Shown here piece by piece: positions 1 through 11,695 of a stretch of DNA of 64,000 bases. The stretch covers positions 21,442,213-21,506,212 of the forward strand of contig OZ234493.1 of the NCBI GenBank assembly GCA_965153455.1, written 5' to 3'. The translations under genes and the position numbers were made by a program. The stretch comes from Sphagnum compactum (taxonomy: Eukaryota). Position 1 is the stretch's first letter. The number at the start of each line of letters is the position of its first letter. The notes beneath the pieces are model-generated. The model had not been told where the DNA came from. It ran no database searches and saw only the letters and a program-made list of their open reading frames with translations.

Positions 1-770
1 TGATCCGGAGTGAACTAATCCAATTGAATGCTTAATTGTTGTCTGATTAGAATTATGAAGAACATCATGAAGTAGTAAATCATGATTGTAAGTTATGTGT
101 ACTCATGTGGGTAATAGTTAAATTCTGAAAAACTTTGGATCATTTATTTGTTGCGGTTGCACCATTTTTTTGGTTACACAACAAGATGTGGTGCCACTCA
201 TGGCATTTTTGTTCATAACAAGCCTTTCTTTTTTGAAGTTGTGGTGTTTATGGACTTGTCATTGCCTTTGCCATTCACATTTGTGCAACATCATTGACAA
301 ATCTGTTGCATATTGAAACATTTTGTTAAACATGTTTTGAAGAAACTAAGAAGGTTTGTAAGTAAGTTAAATATGCAAGACATGGTAGCATAGATGGTAG
401 CAAGCCTTTAACTAAAAAGTTTTTTTAGTGCAAATGGTTGTAGCACATGAAATATTTTCATATTTTGACAAAGTCTACTTGGACCGATAGCTATTCTATA
501 CGTTGTTTTAACCATACTAGCACCTTGAAAAGCCATGGAGACTAGTTTGTTGTTGACTAACCTTAGATTGTGGGTGCTTGCAAGATCAAACGAATGATTT
601 CTCCACTTGGGTAGGTTTCAAATGACCATTTATGGGGGAGAAATGAAGGGCATCTAAATTTTCTCCAAGATAAAAGTTTTTTTTGGTAGTTTTTCATTCC
701 TATGAGAGGAATGTTCATGGTTGTGGCCTTTAGTGTTTGGTTCCTAAATTTCCAAAAACTTTTGTTGCAT

Positions 771-935
771 TGGAAATTGGGTGTAAGGATTCATGGGTTC
801 ACTAAAGTAATATTAGGGTAGAAACGAATGATGGAGATGATGAAGATTCATAAGGGATTTTAAAAGTTGGAAATTGGGTGTAAGGATTCAAGGGTTCACT
901 GAAATAATATTAGGGTAAAAACAAATGATGGAGCT
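771..935. repeat. Two-copy tandem duplication, ~97 bp period
   Basis: tggaaattgggtgtaaggattca(t/a)gggttcact(a/g)aa(g/a)taatattagggta... occurs at 771 and again at 868. Confidence 0.85.
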
Positions 936-1438
936 ACTAAAAGGATTTGAAATGATGTTATATTTTAGAATGAAATAACTAGGGCATAGAAACGTGTTAT
1001 GTTTCGTTTTCCCTAGTTTGTCATTCCTTATCCTTGTATTAACTAGTATGATCTAAGAATAGATCTTCCAATCAAAAATGCTAAAATATCCCTTGGACTA
1101 TTGGTAAGATATTTCCTTACAAATTTGAATACTTTTCATTTCCTTGATAGTGTGGAACCTCCTTAGCACATCATGGTCCAATAATCATCTCTAATGAACA
1201 ATTCAGGATTTCAAGGTATGTTGTGTTTTGTCACTAAGTTGAAACATTATCTTGTTTGAAGACATTAATAAAAATTCCTATACCACAAATCCAACCAGCA
1301 TGTGTTGGTTTTACCCCTACACATGGATCTATGCAGTTGTAGGAGTGATTTTGTTGGTCCCCAAGTCAATTGCAATAACTTGTCCAAAATAATCAATGTA
1401 TATATAATATTGACCTAATATTAATGAAAATTTCACAA

Positions 1439-2226
1439 GATTCAATGTGGAGATAGTTGAATACAAAAACATCAATTTCATTTTATAGGATGTAGGATTT
1501 CAGAACAAGGTGCTTACACCATTCATTAATTTTTCTAACATCTCTCACTCATCTATAGTAGTTTTTTTGTCATGGATTTGAGTAGTGTTCAATGGTGAGG
1601 TAGCATTGAACATGAGTATTTGTAATTTTGTAATTGTGGATAACCATGCAAATCTCAGTTAATACAGGAGGCTATCACTTGTCTAAGTGTATGAGTTTTT
1701 AAAGGTGTAGATATTTTGATGGAAAGGGTATTGTCTCTTAGCTTAGCATTCATAACCAAAACACCTTGCTTATATGATGAAATTGTGTGATGTTATCCTC
1801 CTTGTATTTGCCAACAAGCAAGATTTATCAAATGTTATGAATGATGCAAAGATCATTCATAAGTTTGGGTTGGATTCACTATGTTAAACCCACTTGTAAA
1901 TTTCCTTCTATAAATTTTCTTAACACTAATCTATCCTTATGGTGTTGCTTGATGTTTATGGTGCTCAAAAATTTCCTAAGGTTGTCAAGTAGGTCCAAAA
2001 CTATGGTTGTGCATAGCTTCTTGAAGTTTATTCCTAAGGCCACAACACAATGTGAGAACTAATTACATCCAATGAACCACACTGCCAAAGGTGCTTATTT
2101 GAGAAATCTTATTTCACACAAACAAATTGGTGGGGATTCAACTTGTATATCCAAAGTTCATGTGCCACCTTAAGCAAAGGTTTGTATGAAGGCCTTGATT
2201 GGCTCTTGAGCAACATTACAAGCAAA
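1439..2226 (+). pseudogene. ARF1: ADP-ribosylation factor (ARF1-type GTPase) pseudogene fragment, introns retained
   Basis: Three decayed exons. 1439-1509 reads (G)FNVEIVEYKNINFIL*DVGFQNK|gt (cf. [24 protein letters not shown]). 1776-1896 reads [36 protein letters not shown] (cf. [37 protein letters not shown]). 2145-2226 reads [27 protein letters not shown]|gtaa. It carries stops and a frameshift, and the N-terminal and IRPLWRHY exons were not found. Confidence 0.9.
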
Positions 2227-2518
2227 GTAAACTCTAAGATTTCCTAGTTATTCCATTGTGTGCATTATAATGTGTATGTTACTTGTGTTGGAAGCTGAAT
2301 CATTTTAAATTTGAAACTTGCCTAGCTTCTAATGTTGGTTAGGTGTGAGTGGATGCCTTGTAATGCAACTAAATTCAGCCACAAAATGTTTTAATGCACA
2401 TGATCAATTTGGATTTGAGTACTACATGAGGGCTTATTGTTTCAAGTGATCCCAAACTTAATCAAGTCCACAATATTTTTAATTTGGTTGTCCATGTTGT
2501 TTATATTAATAACAAAAA

Positions 2519-2760
2519 ATGTGGTAATGCAATCGATGAGGACTTCAACCCCAATATGGAGGTGAGGGTTCAAGTCCTTGCTCTTGTAACTTATGATACC
2601 TAGGCTACCTAGGCTAAGAGGCCGAGGTTTGTTTTTAACCTAAGCAACCTAACCCATGTTAAGTAGCCTATGTTAACTAAGCTAACTTGATTTTTGGTTA
2701 GGCTAGTTACCTAGGCTACTTAAGTTAGACTATGTTGATTTTTGGTCATGTGCAATGATT
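2519..2760 (+). mobile_element. Possible tRNA-derived SINE-like dispersed repeat
   Basis: Pol III B-box-like GGTTCAAGTCC at ~2567-2577, a degenerate A-box-like gtggtaatgcaatcg at ~2521, then a body of repeated (c)taggcta/aggtt motifs. No TSD identified. Confidence 0.3.
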
Positions 2761-3864
2761 CATAATTGAACGTGTGTTAGAGTTTTTTGACACATGTCTC
2801 CATTTATCAAGGCGTTTTGTGTAACACTTAGTTGAATGACTAGGTCGACATGGCATGCACTTTACATGTCAAACCAAGGTCAATGATGACATGGAATTCA
2901 ATATTACAACAAATTGAAAAAAAAGTTGATAAGACAATTGTTCTTTGCAATTATATGTCCTTTGCAACTAAAGGGGTGAAATGATGTGGGTTTAACAACT
3001 TAATAATCACTAGTAACAAATGTTCTTTCTAACTAATACATAATCATAAAGGGAAATTGCAAATCTCAAAATGTGTTCTTATAAAAGGAATCCAAACTAC
3101 CTACAAATGTTTGCTTGAACACTTGAAAAATTCACACATGAACAAAAACACTTTGGAATTGAATAAAAGTAAGATCACAAGGGCAAAATACCAAAATTGA
3201 AATGTTGGAATTCATTGACATGTTGGTATTAAACTTCTCCATTAATTTTTGCACATGTGAAGATCACATTGCTACTATTGGTTATTTTCCCACACACACA
3301 TTCCACCTCTTAATCTTTGAATTGAATTATTGCACCAAACTTAAACATGACAATGAATGTGTTATTTCTTCTTTAAGCCCATGAACAAATCACAATTTAT
3401 GTTTCTTGAAATTACATCTAAGTAGTGGGACAAAGGTTTTGCGTGATGTTGTTCATCTTATAAAGTCTTGACTCCACACCACTAAGAAATTGTCCCTTTG
3501 TGAGATAGACACACCTGCCTTTGACAAATGTTCATTTTAATATTTAGTGCTTGTTGGAAAGTGCTATGAGATATCAACATGAGAAATATGGCTTGATGTC
3601 TTGGATGTATCTTTTGCAAAAGGTCATTATGTGGTGGTGGTGCTCAAAATGCTAGTAAGAGGTAGATCGTGTTCAATTCCCATAATGAAGTTATGAATCT
3701 CCATGTCGAAACTAAAGTGGAATGATGTGGTGGCAACATGAACTCATGTTGTTGGAACAACACCATCATACACCTTAGTGTTTTCACATTTTGCATACAT
3801 GTCAACCCAACTAAAAAGAAGATGATGCAAAAACTTGGGGGCTATCATATATCTTAATAACACA

Positions 3865-4823
3865 CTAGTTTGAACCCCGTGCCTAATGCACAGGTGTGTT
3901 ATTTCAACAATGTTTGGTTCATGTTTTAGTTTTTTTTTTAAACTTTTATCTTTTTGATTTTTATGTGTTTCTTGTTTTTATTATTATTTTGTATAATAAA
4001 AATAAAGTGTTTCTTTTTCACTTTTGTATTTTGTTTATTTGGATGCAAGTTTGAAGTTTGGAGAAAGAAGACACACCTCATTCTTTTTCAAGTAGGGTTT
4101 TTATTCATTATTATAAGTTTTATTTTTTCTTATTTTCTACTCTTTATTTGGTTTCTTTTTTTTTGTAATTTTTTTTCTTTTAAATTGATTTTACTGTATT
4201 TCCCTTTCCTTGTTTCATTTGTTTCCATTCCTATTTTATAGTTTTTGTGTTTTACTTTTTTGTTTATGTTTGTTTCATGTTTTAATTTTTTCTATTCTTA
4301 TTTTGTCTATCTTCATTTTTTTTCTATTTTTATGCATTTATTTATTTATTTAGTTTCTATTTTCTTTTCCAAAAAAATTCTAGTTTTTCTAATATGTTTT
4401 ATAATAAAATAATTTAAAAAAACTTTTAAATTTTTGTTTGATTAGATGTAGGTTTGAAGTTTGGAAAAAGAAGACAAACTTCATTTTTTTTTCAAGTATG
4501 GTTTTTTTTCTCTTTCTTTTGCTCTCTGTTTTGTTTCTTATTTTTTGTCATCTATTTTTTAATTTTCTTTTAAGATTATTTTATTGTATTTCCCTTTTTT
4601 GTTTCATGTTTAAGTGTTTACAAAAAGTTTTTAATTGTTAAAGTGTTTTTCTGTTTTTTTTTTCTAGTTTTTTCCCTTTTAAAAATATATATTTGTTCTG
4701 TTTGGATGGATGACGGGATGGATGACGGACAGATGGATGGAAAGTTTCATTTCATCCCGACGTCTGGATGGAAAACTTCATTTCATCCTGAAGCTTCACG
4801 ACCACGACATCCTTTACTATAAG
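3865..4823 (-). mobile_element. Non-autonomous Helitron-like element
   Basis: On the minus strand a GC hairpin (cctgtgc-attag-gcacggg, 3876-3894) lies 7 nt before CTAG|T (3865-3868), which is the canonical Helitron 3' end. The other end has a (GGAT/GGAC)n microsatellite (4704-4740) and a short GC-richer block ending at ...ctttactataag (4823). The expected 5' TC is not intact. Confidence 0.65.
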
Positions 4824-6999
4824 TTTGGAAAGTTGGATCGATGCATTACAAAATTGACCAAAATGCAACTAGTATTTATTTTGACCTTTGGTCCAAAAAT
4901 CCATGACCATATGATCCATGCAAACTTTCACAACAAATTCATACTTGTTGAATTCATTTCCCACAAAATAACCCCAATTGTTTCAAAACAACTTTTTATT
5001 CCATGGCTTTTTAAAAGCCACATTCTCAAAATGAAGGATGAAAACCATTAGAAATATGGCTTTAAAATAAAAATTACAAGGGAAAAGCTTGCTAAGAGCA
5101 TAACAATAATCTTAGTGATAATTTTTCAAACCCTAGAAGCAAAATGAGAATTATAAACAAATCAAATTTCTTGCTACCAATGTTAAATAAGAAAAAGACC
5201 ACATCAAGAAAGAAAAAACTTCGCATTTTTACAATCTTGCTCTATGGTATATTCGTTACTAATGACCTTAAACTTTGTTACTTGGAAAACTTTTGTGAAG
5301 TTTGAGATTTAGTGTCCCTCATTTGCAATCTAAACCTAGTTGAAAACACCCAACATTTGTAAGAAATTCATACATTTAATACTTGCTTGAACAAGATGGA
5401 TAACATGAACTTTGAAACTTTAAACATGGGTACTATTATCTATAATTCAAAACCATTTTGTATGGATGAATAATTTGGTAACATCTTCGATTATTGTTGT
5501 AATCTAGTCTAGAATCTCAAGGTCTTAATACTATAATGGGTATAACCTAGAATCTTAAACCAATCTACTAAATGTCGAAATTGAACAACTAGCAACACCA
5601 AACTCCATACCTTGAGGTGCTCTTTGCAACCTTGCAACGATTCAAAATGCGACAAGAACTAAGGTATTGGGCAATGTTTATCCTAGCAAGAAAACATGCA
5701 CATACCTAACAACCTACTATTACTTAGTGTTACAATTAAATAAATATGAAAAAATATATTCATTGACAATCATCTCTCATCTTCACATTGGTTAAGGAGT
5801 CAGCCAAAATTTTATCCTCAAATCTTCAACATATGCATAGTCTCTTCCCTACGGGAAGAGGCAACAAAAAAGCCTTTGGGTGCACCCACTCCCTAATTGT
5901 TAGAATAGACAAGACTTCGAGTTGACGAAGAAAACAAAACAAAACAAGGCATCACAAACACGCTGGCCCTGCCAATAGATAAGATGTTGTACATCTATCT
6001 AGTGTGTCCACACTCCGAACCGGTTCCCCTACTGTGAAATCAGTTCTAATAAGGTAAAACTTCCAAAAGTTGGATCCAATGCGATAGTCCCTGTCCCTGT
6101 GATGAAAGGAGTTCTCAGATTTCGTATATACAGGGATGTGTCTCAAGGGTGGCAAAAGTCGCATCGCACGAGATTGCGAAGGGGTGCGTGCTTCCCACGA
6201 CGATGGGAAAGCGGCATCTCTACCCATCCGGCTTGTCCGCAAGGTGGAAAATTGAGCATCTCCTCTCTTTTTCCTGGAACACCTCCTCCTCCTCCTCCTC
6301 CTCCTTTTTTCTAAGTCTGCTTTCCGCCCTGAATCGAGGGTTCCCGATTGGAACCGGATATGCATACGCGCCTTGTTGTGTCACAATCGTTGATTGTCGA
6401 TTCGTTTCTGTCTGTTGCTTAGAATTAGTCTGTTGTATAATGCAGCTGTTTAGGTGCATTCACCCAAGTGTACATCTGCATCAATTGTCCCGATAAGGCT
6501 GCCAGACATTTTAGCATTTTAGCTAAGGCCTTTGCCATCTGCTGAGAGGATATTAGAGTCGAGATTTCTGTGATTTGAAATCAAATGGGATGTTTGGGTC
6601 TGTTTTGTAACATTGAACCCTGAAACTTTGTCCGAGAGGATCGCCGGGTTCTCCACTGCAGGGTCCAACGAGAGGAGCACCTGAAGCAGATTGGAGCTTG
6701 AATCTTCATATTATGTACGATTTCCCAACTTGAATTGATCAATCATGCAAAAAATTCTCTATGCAGGAGAATATTGTGTTTTGTTTTGTTACGTTGTTAG
6801 TTCAATGATTTCACTCTGTGCAGAATGATACAACTGTGGACTCTCCTTGATCTGCAACAGCAAGTTGTCTTGTGGCTAATTTCTGTAAACTACACTAGAG
6901 TAGGATTACTGTCAGCTTGCTTGATTGTGACCAAAATTTGGTACAGTGAAGCTTGACATGATGTTTGGTCATGTATTTTCAGGCTCTTGAAAGGGTGAA

Positions 7000-8593
7000 A
7001 TGTCAAACTGTCCATACAAACCTCAACTTGTAAGTTAAACACTCATGAAATGGAAATTCTTCTCTCAGGATTTTTGTGTTGCGTACTATGTTGTATGCTA
7101 AGTGGTGTGTTTTCATTCTGCTTTCCTCAGGGTGCAATCTGTGCATGTGTTCTCTTCTTGTTCTGCAACCCAAAGTGCTGAGCAATCTGGGAAAACTGCA
7201 CTTTAATTGGAAGACAATGCTCTCCATTGGAATCAGAATTTGGTTCAGCAATGCTTAACTTAAGGTTGGTTATGGATTTCAGCCTCCCCAGGAGGAGTTA
7301 GACTGCTGCCCAGATAAGCCATGTAAAGTAAGTGAAACAATCATGAAATGTTTCAGTTATCATGAATTGTTATAAAATGTGCAATTGTATGGCAAAGTGT
7401 GTTTGAGCATGTCTTTCTCTTCTTGATCTCAATACATTTTCGCAGGGAGGGTGAGTTCTGTAGACCCAGGGAAAAAATACACAAATATGCATCAGTATCA
7501 AAATTTTGTTTCATGATGCTTGACATGAGGTTGGTTATGGATTCCAGGCTCTTGCTCAGGAGCCAATTTGCCCGGACAAAAATCAATGTTGCGTAAGTAG
7601 TTCTCCTTCTACTAGTGTTCAGATAGTGATGGCTGAAAATTGCATAACTCATATCCCCTCTTATAGCAAGGTCCATGCCATCACTCCATTTGGCTGCCCT
7701 CCATTCTTCACAATGTTTTATTGAAAAATGTACAGCATTAAAGCTTTTCACATTGGTGGCCAGTTTATTGAGATTTCAGGTCCCTGTGGAATGAAAAAGA
7801 GATTTGCAAAAGGGACAAAGGCATCTTTTGCAGTTGAGAGGTTCAATTGCCTGCTCAAAGATCCAAATATGCCAGTAGTGTGCATTGCAGCTGTAAAAGA
7901 GGGGGAGGAATCCATTGAATTTGGGAATGATGTAGAGCTCATTCTGTATGATAATGCCTGGACTCTGCAAATTGTGCAAGAAGGTGTGTTTCCCTTCTGA
8001 TTTTTGGGCTGAGTATAAGGGTTTCCAATGTACAGTTATCTCTTGTGGCTTGATGAACCAAAATTTTGCCACTTTATCAACCCTAAGCAATTGCACAGCA
8101 CTGTACTTAGTCAATGCAATATAGGTGAGCCTTGACAAGGGAGAGATTAACAGGTTTCCATATGTCATCATCCTTTGAGTCACTGGATGCTTTTGTACAC
8201 CTTTTGTAGCACCTAAAGGAGGACACACAACACACATACGTCGCTGAGCTGGTGACATATCATGAGGAGATTTTGAACTTTTTAACAGGTGTGTCTATGT
8301 CTTCAAGTACTGCTACTGAACACAGGAGTCAGAGCTTTAGATTCTGCCCTCATCATGAACTTATCTTGAACACTGTTGTCATGGTTGAAACTGTCTTCTT
8401 ACATCACAAAGTGTTAGAAGCAATTGATTCTTTCAAAGCCTTTCTGAAGTCTCACCATGAAAGATTTTGCTTCAACATTTTTTCGACCAATTGCCACAAG
8501 AAAAACCTAAAACCTAGAATTTGTTTTCGGCTTCTATGTTGTTCAGCTCAAGTTGGACTCTTTGTGTTTCATGTTCTGATATTTTGGTTGTAG
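7000..8593 (+). CDS. Uncharacterised land-plant protein (RFAxGTxAxFAV...AVKEGEExIxFG...YxxxWxLQxV domain) with a Cys-rich N-terminus
   Basis: Predicted exons: 7000-7029 (MSNCPYKPQL), 7283-7327 (PPQEELDCCPDKPCK), 7548-7592 (ALAQEPICPDKNQCC), 7764-7983 (FIEISGPCGMKKRFAKGTKASFAVERFNCLLKDPNMPVVCIAAVKEGEESIEFGNDVELILYDNAWTLQIVQE) and 8289 onward (GVSMSSSTATEHR...). All introns are GT-AG with compatible phases. The 3' end is uncertain: either read-through to 8593 or splicing to an exon at ~9302. A CT-rich leader lies at ~6200-6360. Confidence 0.7.
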
Positions 8594-10449
8594 GTTGTTC
8601 CAATTGAAGAATCTGCTAGGAACCTCAAAACTGTGATGAGGGATTTTGTTTTTCCTCCAAATCAGCCTATTTCTGGAGCCATGAGTAGATAACTTGCAGA
8701 TTATGTACAGATTATGTACACTGCTTGAATAACTCACTGAGATAAATCCTGATCCCCAAATTCCAAGTAGGTTTTTTCCAGCTCCAAAATCAAATTAATT
8801 TTTGCTGCAGAAATTTTATTGATAACAAGCTTTGAACCAGCATGCTTTGTTTTAGTAGCTCCAAGGTTCTTTGGTATCTTATGTGCTTCTAAAGATACCT
8901 ATTGCCTTATGGTTCTGGCACATGAAACAGAGTAACATATGGAAGTGGAAGCAGAATACAATCGAGTCCAAGAGGTTGAAGATAGGGATCCCATGCAACA
9001 TGTCGGCACAAGTTAGCATTTGGGCTGTACTCTACCCTGTTTCCCATCAGGAACAGATGTCAGATCCCCTATCATAGGGCTAACAACCAACTTGAGCCAA
9101 TCTGTTGTGGCCATCACCTTCAATCTGTATGAAATGACCAAAATGAAATCTTTTCAAGTTCATGGGAAAGCTGAAGCATCTGGTGTAAAAGAGATGTGAG
9201 GTTAAGAATCATGACAATGCACTGGTTTTAAGGATTTCTGCCAAAGTATTACCAAGGGATTTGTGCTGGTCATAAGTCACATATTAGTCATCCAAGTGCA
9301 GGAAGGTTGTTTGTGGCAGAACTGTGAAGAGTTATATCCAGGAGGAAGTTACCTGAGGGAGGCTAGCAGGAATGCACATCTGTAAAGTAGGTAAACAAAC
9401 TTCGTATTCATCTTCATATTTGCATCTCCTTGGGGATTACATGTTATCAGAGGCCATTATCCTCAAAAGAGAGTAAGTCAATTTATTTCCAAATTGCATG
9501 ATTTTACTTGTCCAAGCATACACCATTATACCAGATCCAGCTTAAGTTTCAAGACAGCCTGGAAGAATTGAGTTAGGATTCAACTGTCTAAGGTCTCATC
9601 TAAGATCTCATCAACAATTTAGGGTTTTGACTGTGGTCTTGATGGCCTGATTGTGTCACCAGCAATGCCTCGACAATCCATTGTTGGCCCATTGTGGCCA
9701 ACAGCTCATCAACAGTGACTTGAATTAATCCCATACCATCTGTAACTCCACTTGATGTAAATATAGAAACCAGTCTAATGTTGCTGCCATAAGATTATCC
9801 TGATGTGATTCACTGGTGGTCATATCATAGTGCAGGTTTTGTGTGTCAAAGATGCTTCACCAAAGTTACAAAACCCACCTTCAGGTCTCCTAGTTACCAG
9901 CATCCATGGGAAGTGGGCACTTCTCTGTTATCATTTCCAAAAGCACAACAGGAAATTGGTCGTCAGGTTCCACACTTTTTTAACACATGTCCAGAAACTC
10001 AGGTTTTCCAGGTCTTCTCTGAATCTGTGAACAAAAGCTGGAAACAAAAACTTATGATCCCCTTCCAAAGAATTCAATCGATTGACAAAAGGTCTAACCT
10101 GATCATCAGAAGCCTGAAACAGATGTGAGCTGTTGAAGAAAAACTGCCATGGAACATAGTCTGCACTTGATGAGCCTTGCTGTCTGTGCTATCTTGTCTG
10201 TTGTTTTTGGTTTCAAATTTGATGGTCTCAGGGGGTTTTAGTTTTGCAAATCCATCCTGTTGATGATGGTGATCTCACAGGGTTTTGGTTTTGCAAACCA
10301 TCTACATCCGGTACAACCAATTATTCTGCAAGACGAACTATAGGATCCCAGTTCTCCTACTCTCATGATTACACTAAAATGATGGCAGGTTGAATGGTGC
10401 TTGATTGTCATCCAGTTTGCATCTCTCTTCAAAGTGTGAGGAGAAATTG

Positions 10450-11613
10450 TCAGATCTCCACTACACATGAGGTTTGAATCACTCCCTGGAACTTCTTGTG
10501 TGGTCTCAAAAACTCCCACTTCCCTCTAAAGCTCGCTACACTAGCATGCTCATCAGCTTGTTGACGGTCCTCGTGTCTTAAGTCTAATGTGTAGACCAAA
10601 GATGTGAAAGAGCTGTCGTCACCGTTTCGGGGTCCTGTTACGAAGAGCTTGTCTGCACCTACCTGTGTGACACACACGGGGTCTGCAATGCTGTCCTCTC
10701 CTTCAGGCAGAACGTCCACATATTGCCACTCGTCCTTCTCCGCAGAGTACCAAACGAGCTCCCTCTGATGGAAGCCGAAGAGAGGCAGTTGAGCATGGCT
10801 GTGAACGTCTGTGCGCGGTTTTATCACATCGCAGCTTGACCTGGACAGAAGTGTCAAGCCGATCCAGGTCCGTGTCCATGCATTTAATGCAGGTTTGAAA
10901 ACTTCCGATGATTGCATAAACTGACCTTGTGATGAGGTCTCGTATCCACTGATGATGCAGAGCTCGCCATCGAGTACCGCAGCTGAGCATTCGTCTCTGC
11001 TATCGTTCATTTTCGGGAGAGCTTGCCAGCGGTCTAGCACGGTGCTGTAGACCTCGGCGGTTGACAAGGCGATTTTGGCGTTGTTGTGGCCTCCAGCGAC
11101 AAAGACGTCGCTCCCGAGGGCTTGACAAGCGAAGGAGGATCGAGTGCTGGGCATATCGGCACCCCGGCGCCACTTTCTGGCTAAGAAATCAAAGATGTAG
11201 ACTGTTCGAAGCGTCTCCCATGTTCGAGGGTGCCAGCCTCCCAGGACCAGGAGACCCCTGCTCACAGCAGCCAAGCGGCAGAAAAGAGGAAGACCATATT
11301 GCGCGAACTCGGGGATAGGTGGTAGCCATTCCCAAAGCTGCTCCGACTCCTCGTTCATCATGCTCACTCCAAATACAGGATGTGGCGAGGAGTCGACTGT
11401 AGGAAGGGCTTGCAACATGCAAACGCAATGTTTTGTCAACCGTTGTTGCTTCCTGCGTTCGTAAAATTCTCTGCTAGTAACTAAATCTCTCCACTTGCGC
11501 GACACACCATAAAGTTGTGCTTGGGTTTGTACAGAAACACGAGTTAAACACCGGTACGCAACCTCGTCAGGCAAATCTCGGATAAACCCTTGATCTTCTT
11601 CCTCTTGCTCCAT
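10450..11613 (-). CDS. F-box/Kelch-repeat protein, KFB/KMD/SKIP20 (KFB01/20/39/50-like) group
   Basis: Intronless 387-aa ORF with an N-terminal F-box (FIRDLPDEVAYRCLTRVS...VSRKWRDLV). Kelch repeats carry group-typical motifs LPLFC, LLVLGGWHP, WRRGADMPSTRSSFAC, VFVAGGHNNAKIAL, MNDSRDEC and SGYETSSQGQF. Confidence 0.93.
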   Translation of the reverse strand: MEQEEEDQGFIRDLPDEVAYRCLTRVSVQTQAQLYGVSRKWRDLVTSREFYERRKQQRLTKHCVCMLQALPTVDSSPHPVFGVSMMNEESEQLWEWLPPIPEFAQYGLPLFCRLAAVSRGLLVLGGWHPRTWETLRTVYIFDFLARKWRRGADMPSTRSSFACQALGSDVFVAGGHNNAKIALSTAEVYSTVLDRWQALPKMNDSRDECSAAVLDGELCIISGYETSSQGQFMQSSEVFKPALNAWTRTWIGLTLLSRSSCDVIKPRTDVHSHAQLPLFGFHQRELVWYSAEKDEWQYVDVLPEGEDSIADPVCVTQVGADKLFVTGPRNGDDSSFTSLVYTLDLRHEDRQQADEHASVASFRGKWEFLRPHKKFQGVIQTSCVVEI

Positions 11614-11695
11614 GAGAAAAATTCGAGAGATCTCTCTTCACGACACCAAATGAGGATGTGATTGTCGAGAGCAGCCCTCGTGATAGCTTATATAT

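Noticed and set aside
3954-4641. Phe/Leu-rich 'membrane protein' ORFs
   Set aside because: T-rich low-complexity interior of the Helitron-like element.
5952-6496. Overlapping ORFs with poly-R/P/S/E runs
   Set aside because: They arise from a (CCT)n tract in the CpG-rich promoter/leader of the gene at 7000; no recognisable protein.
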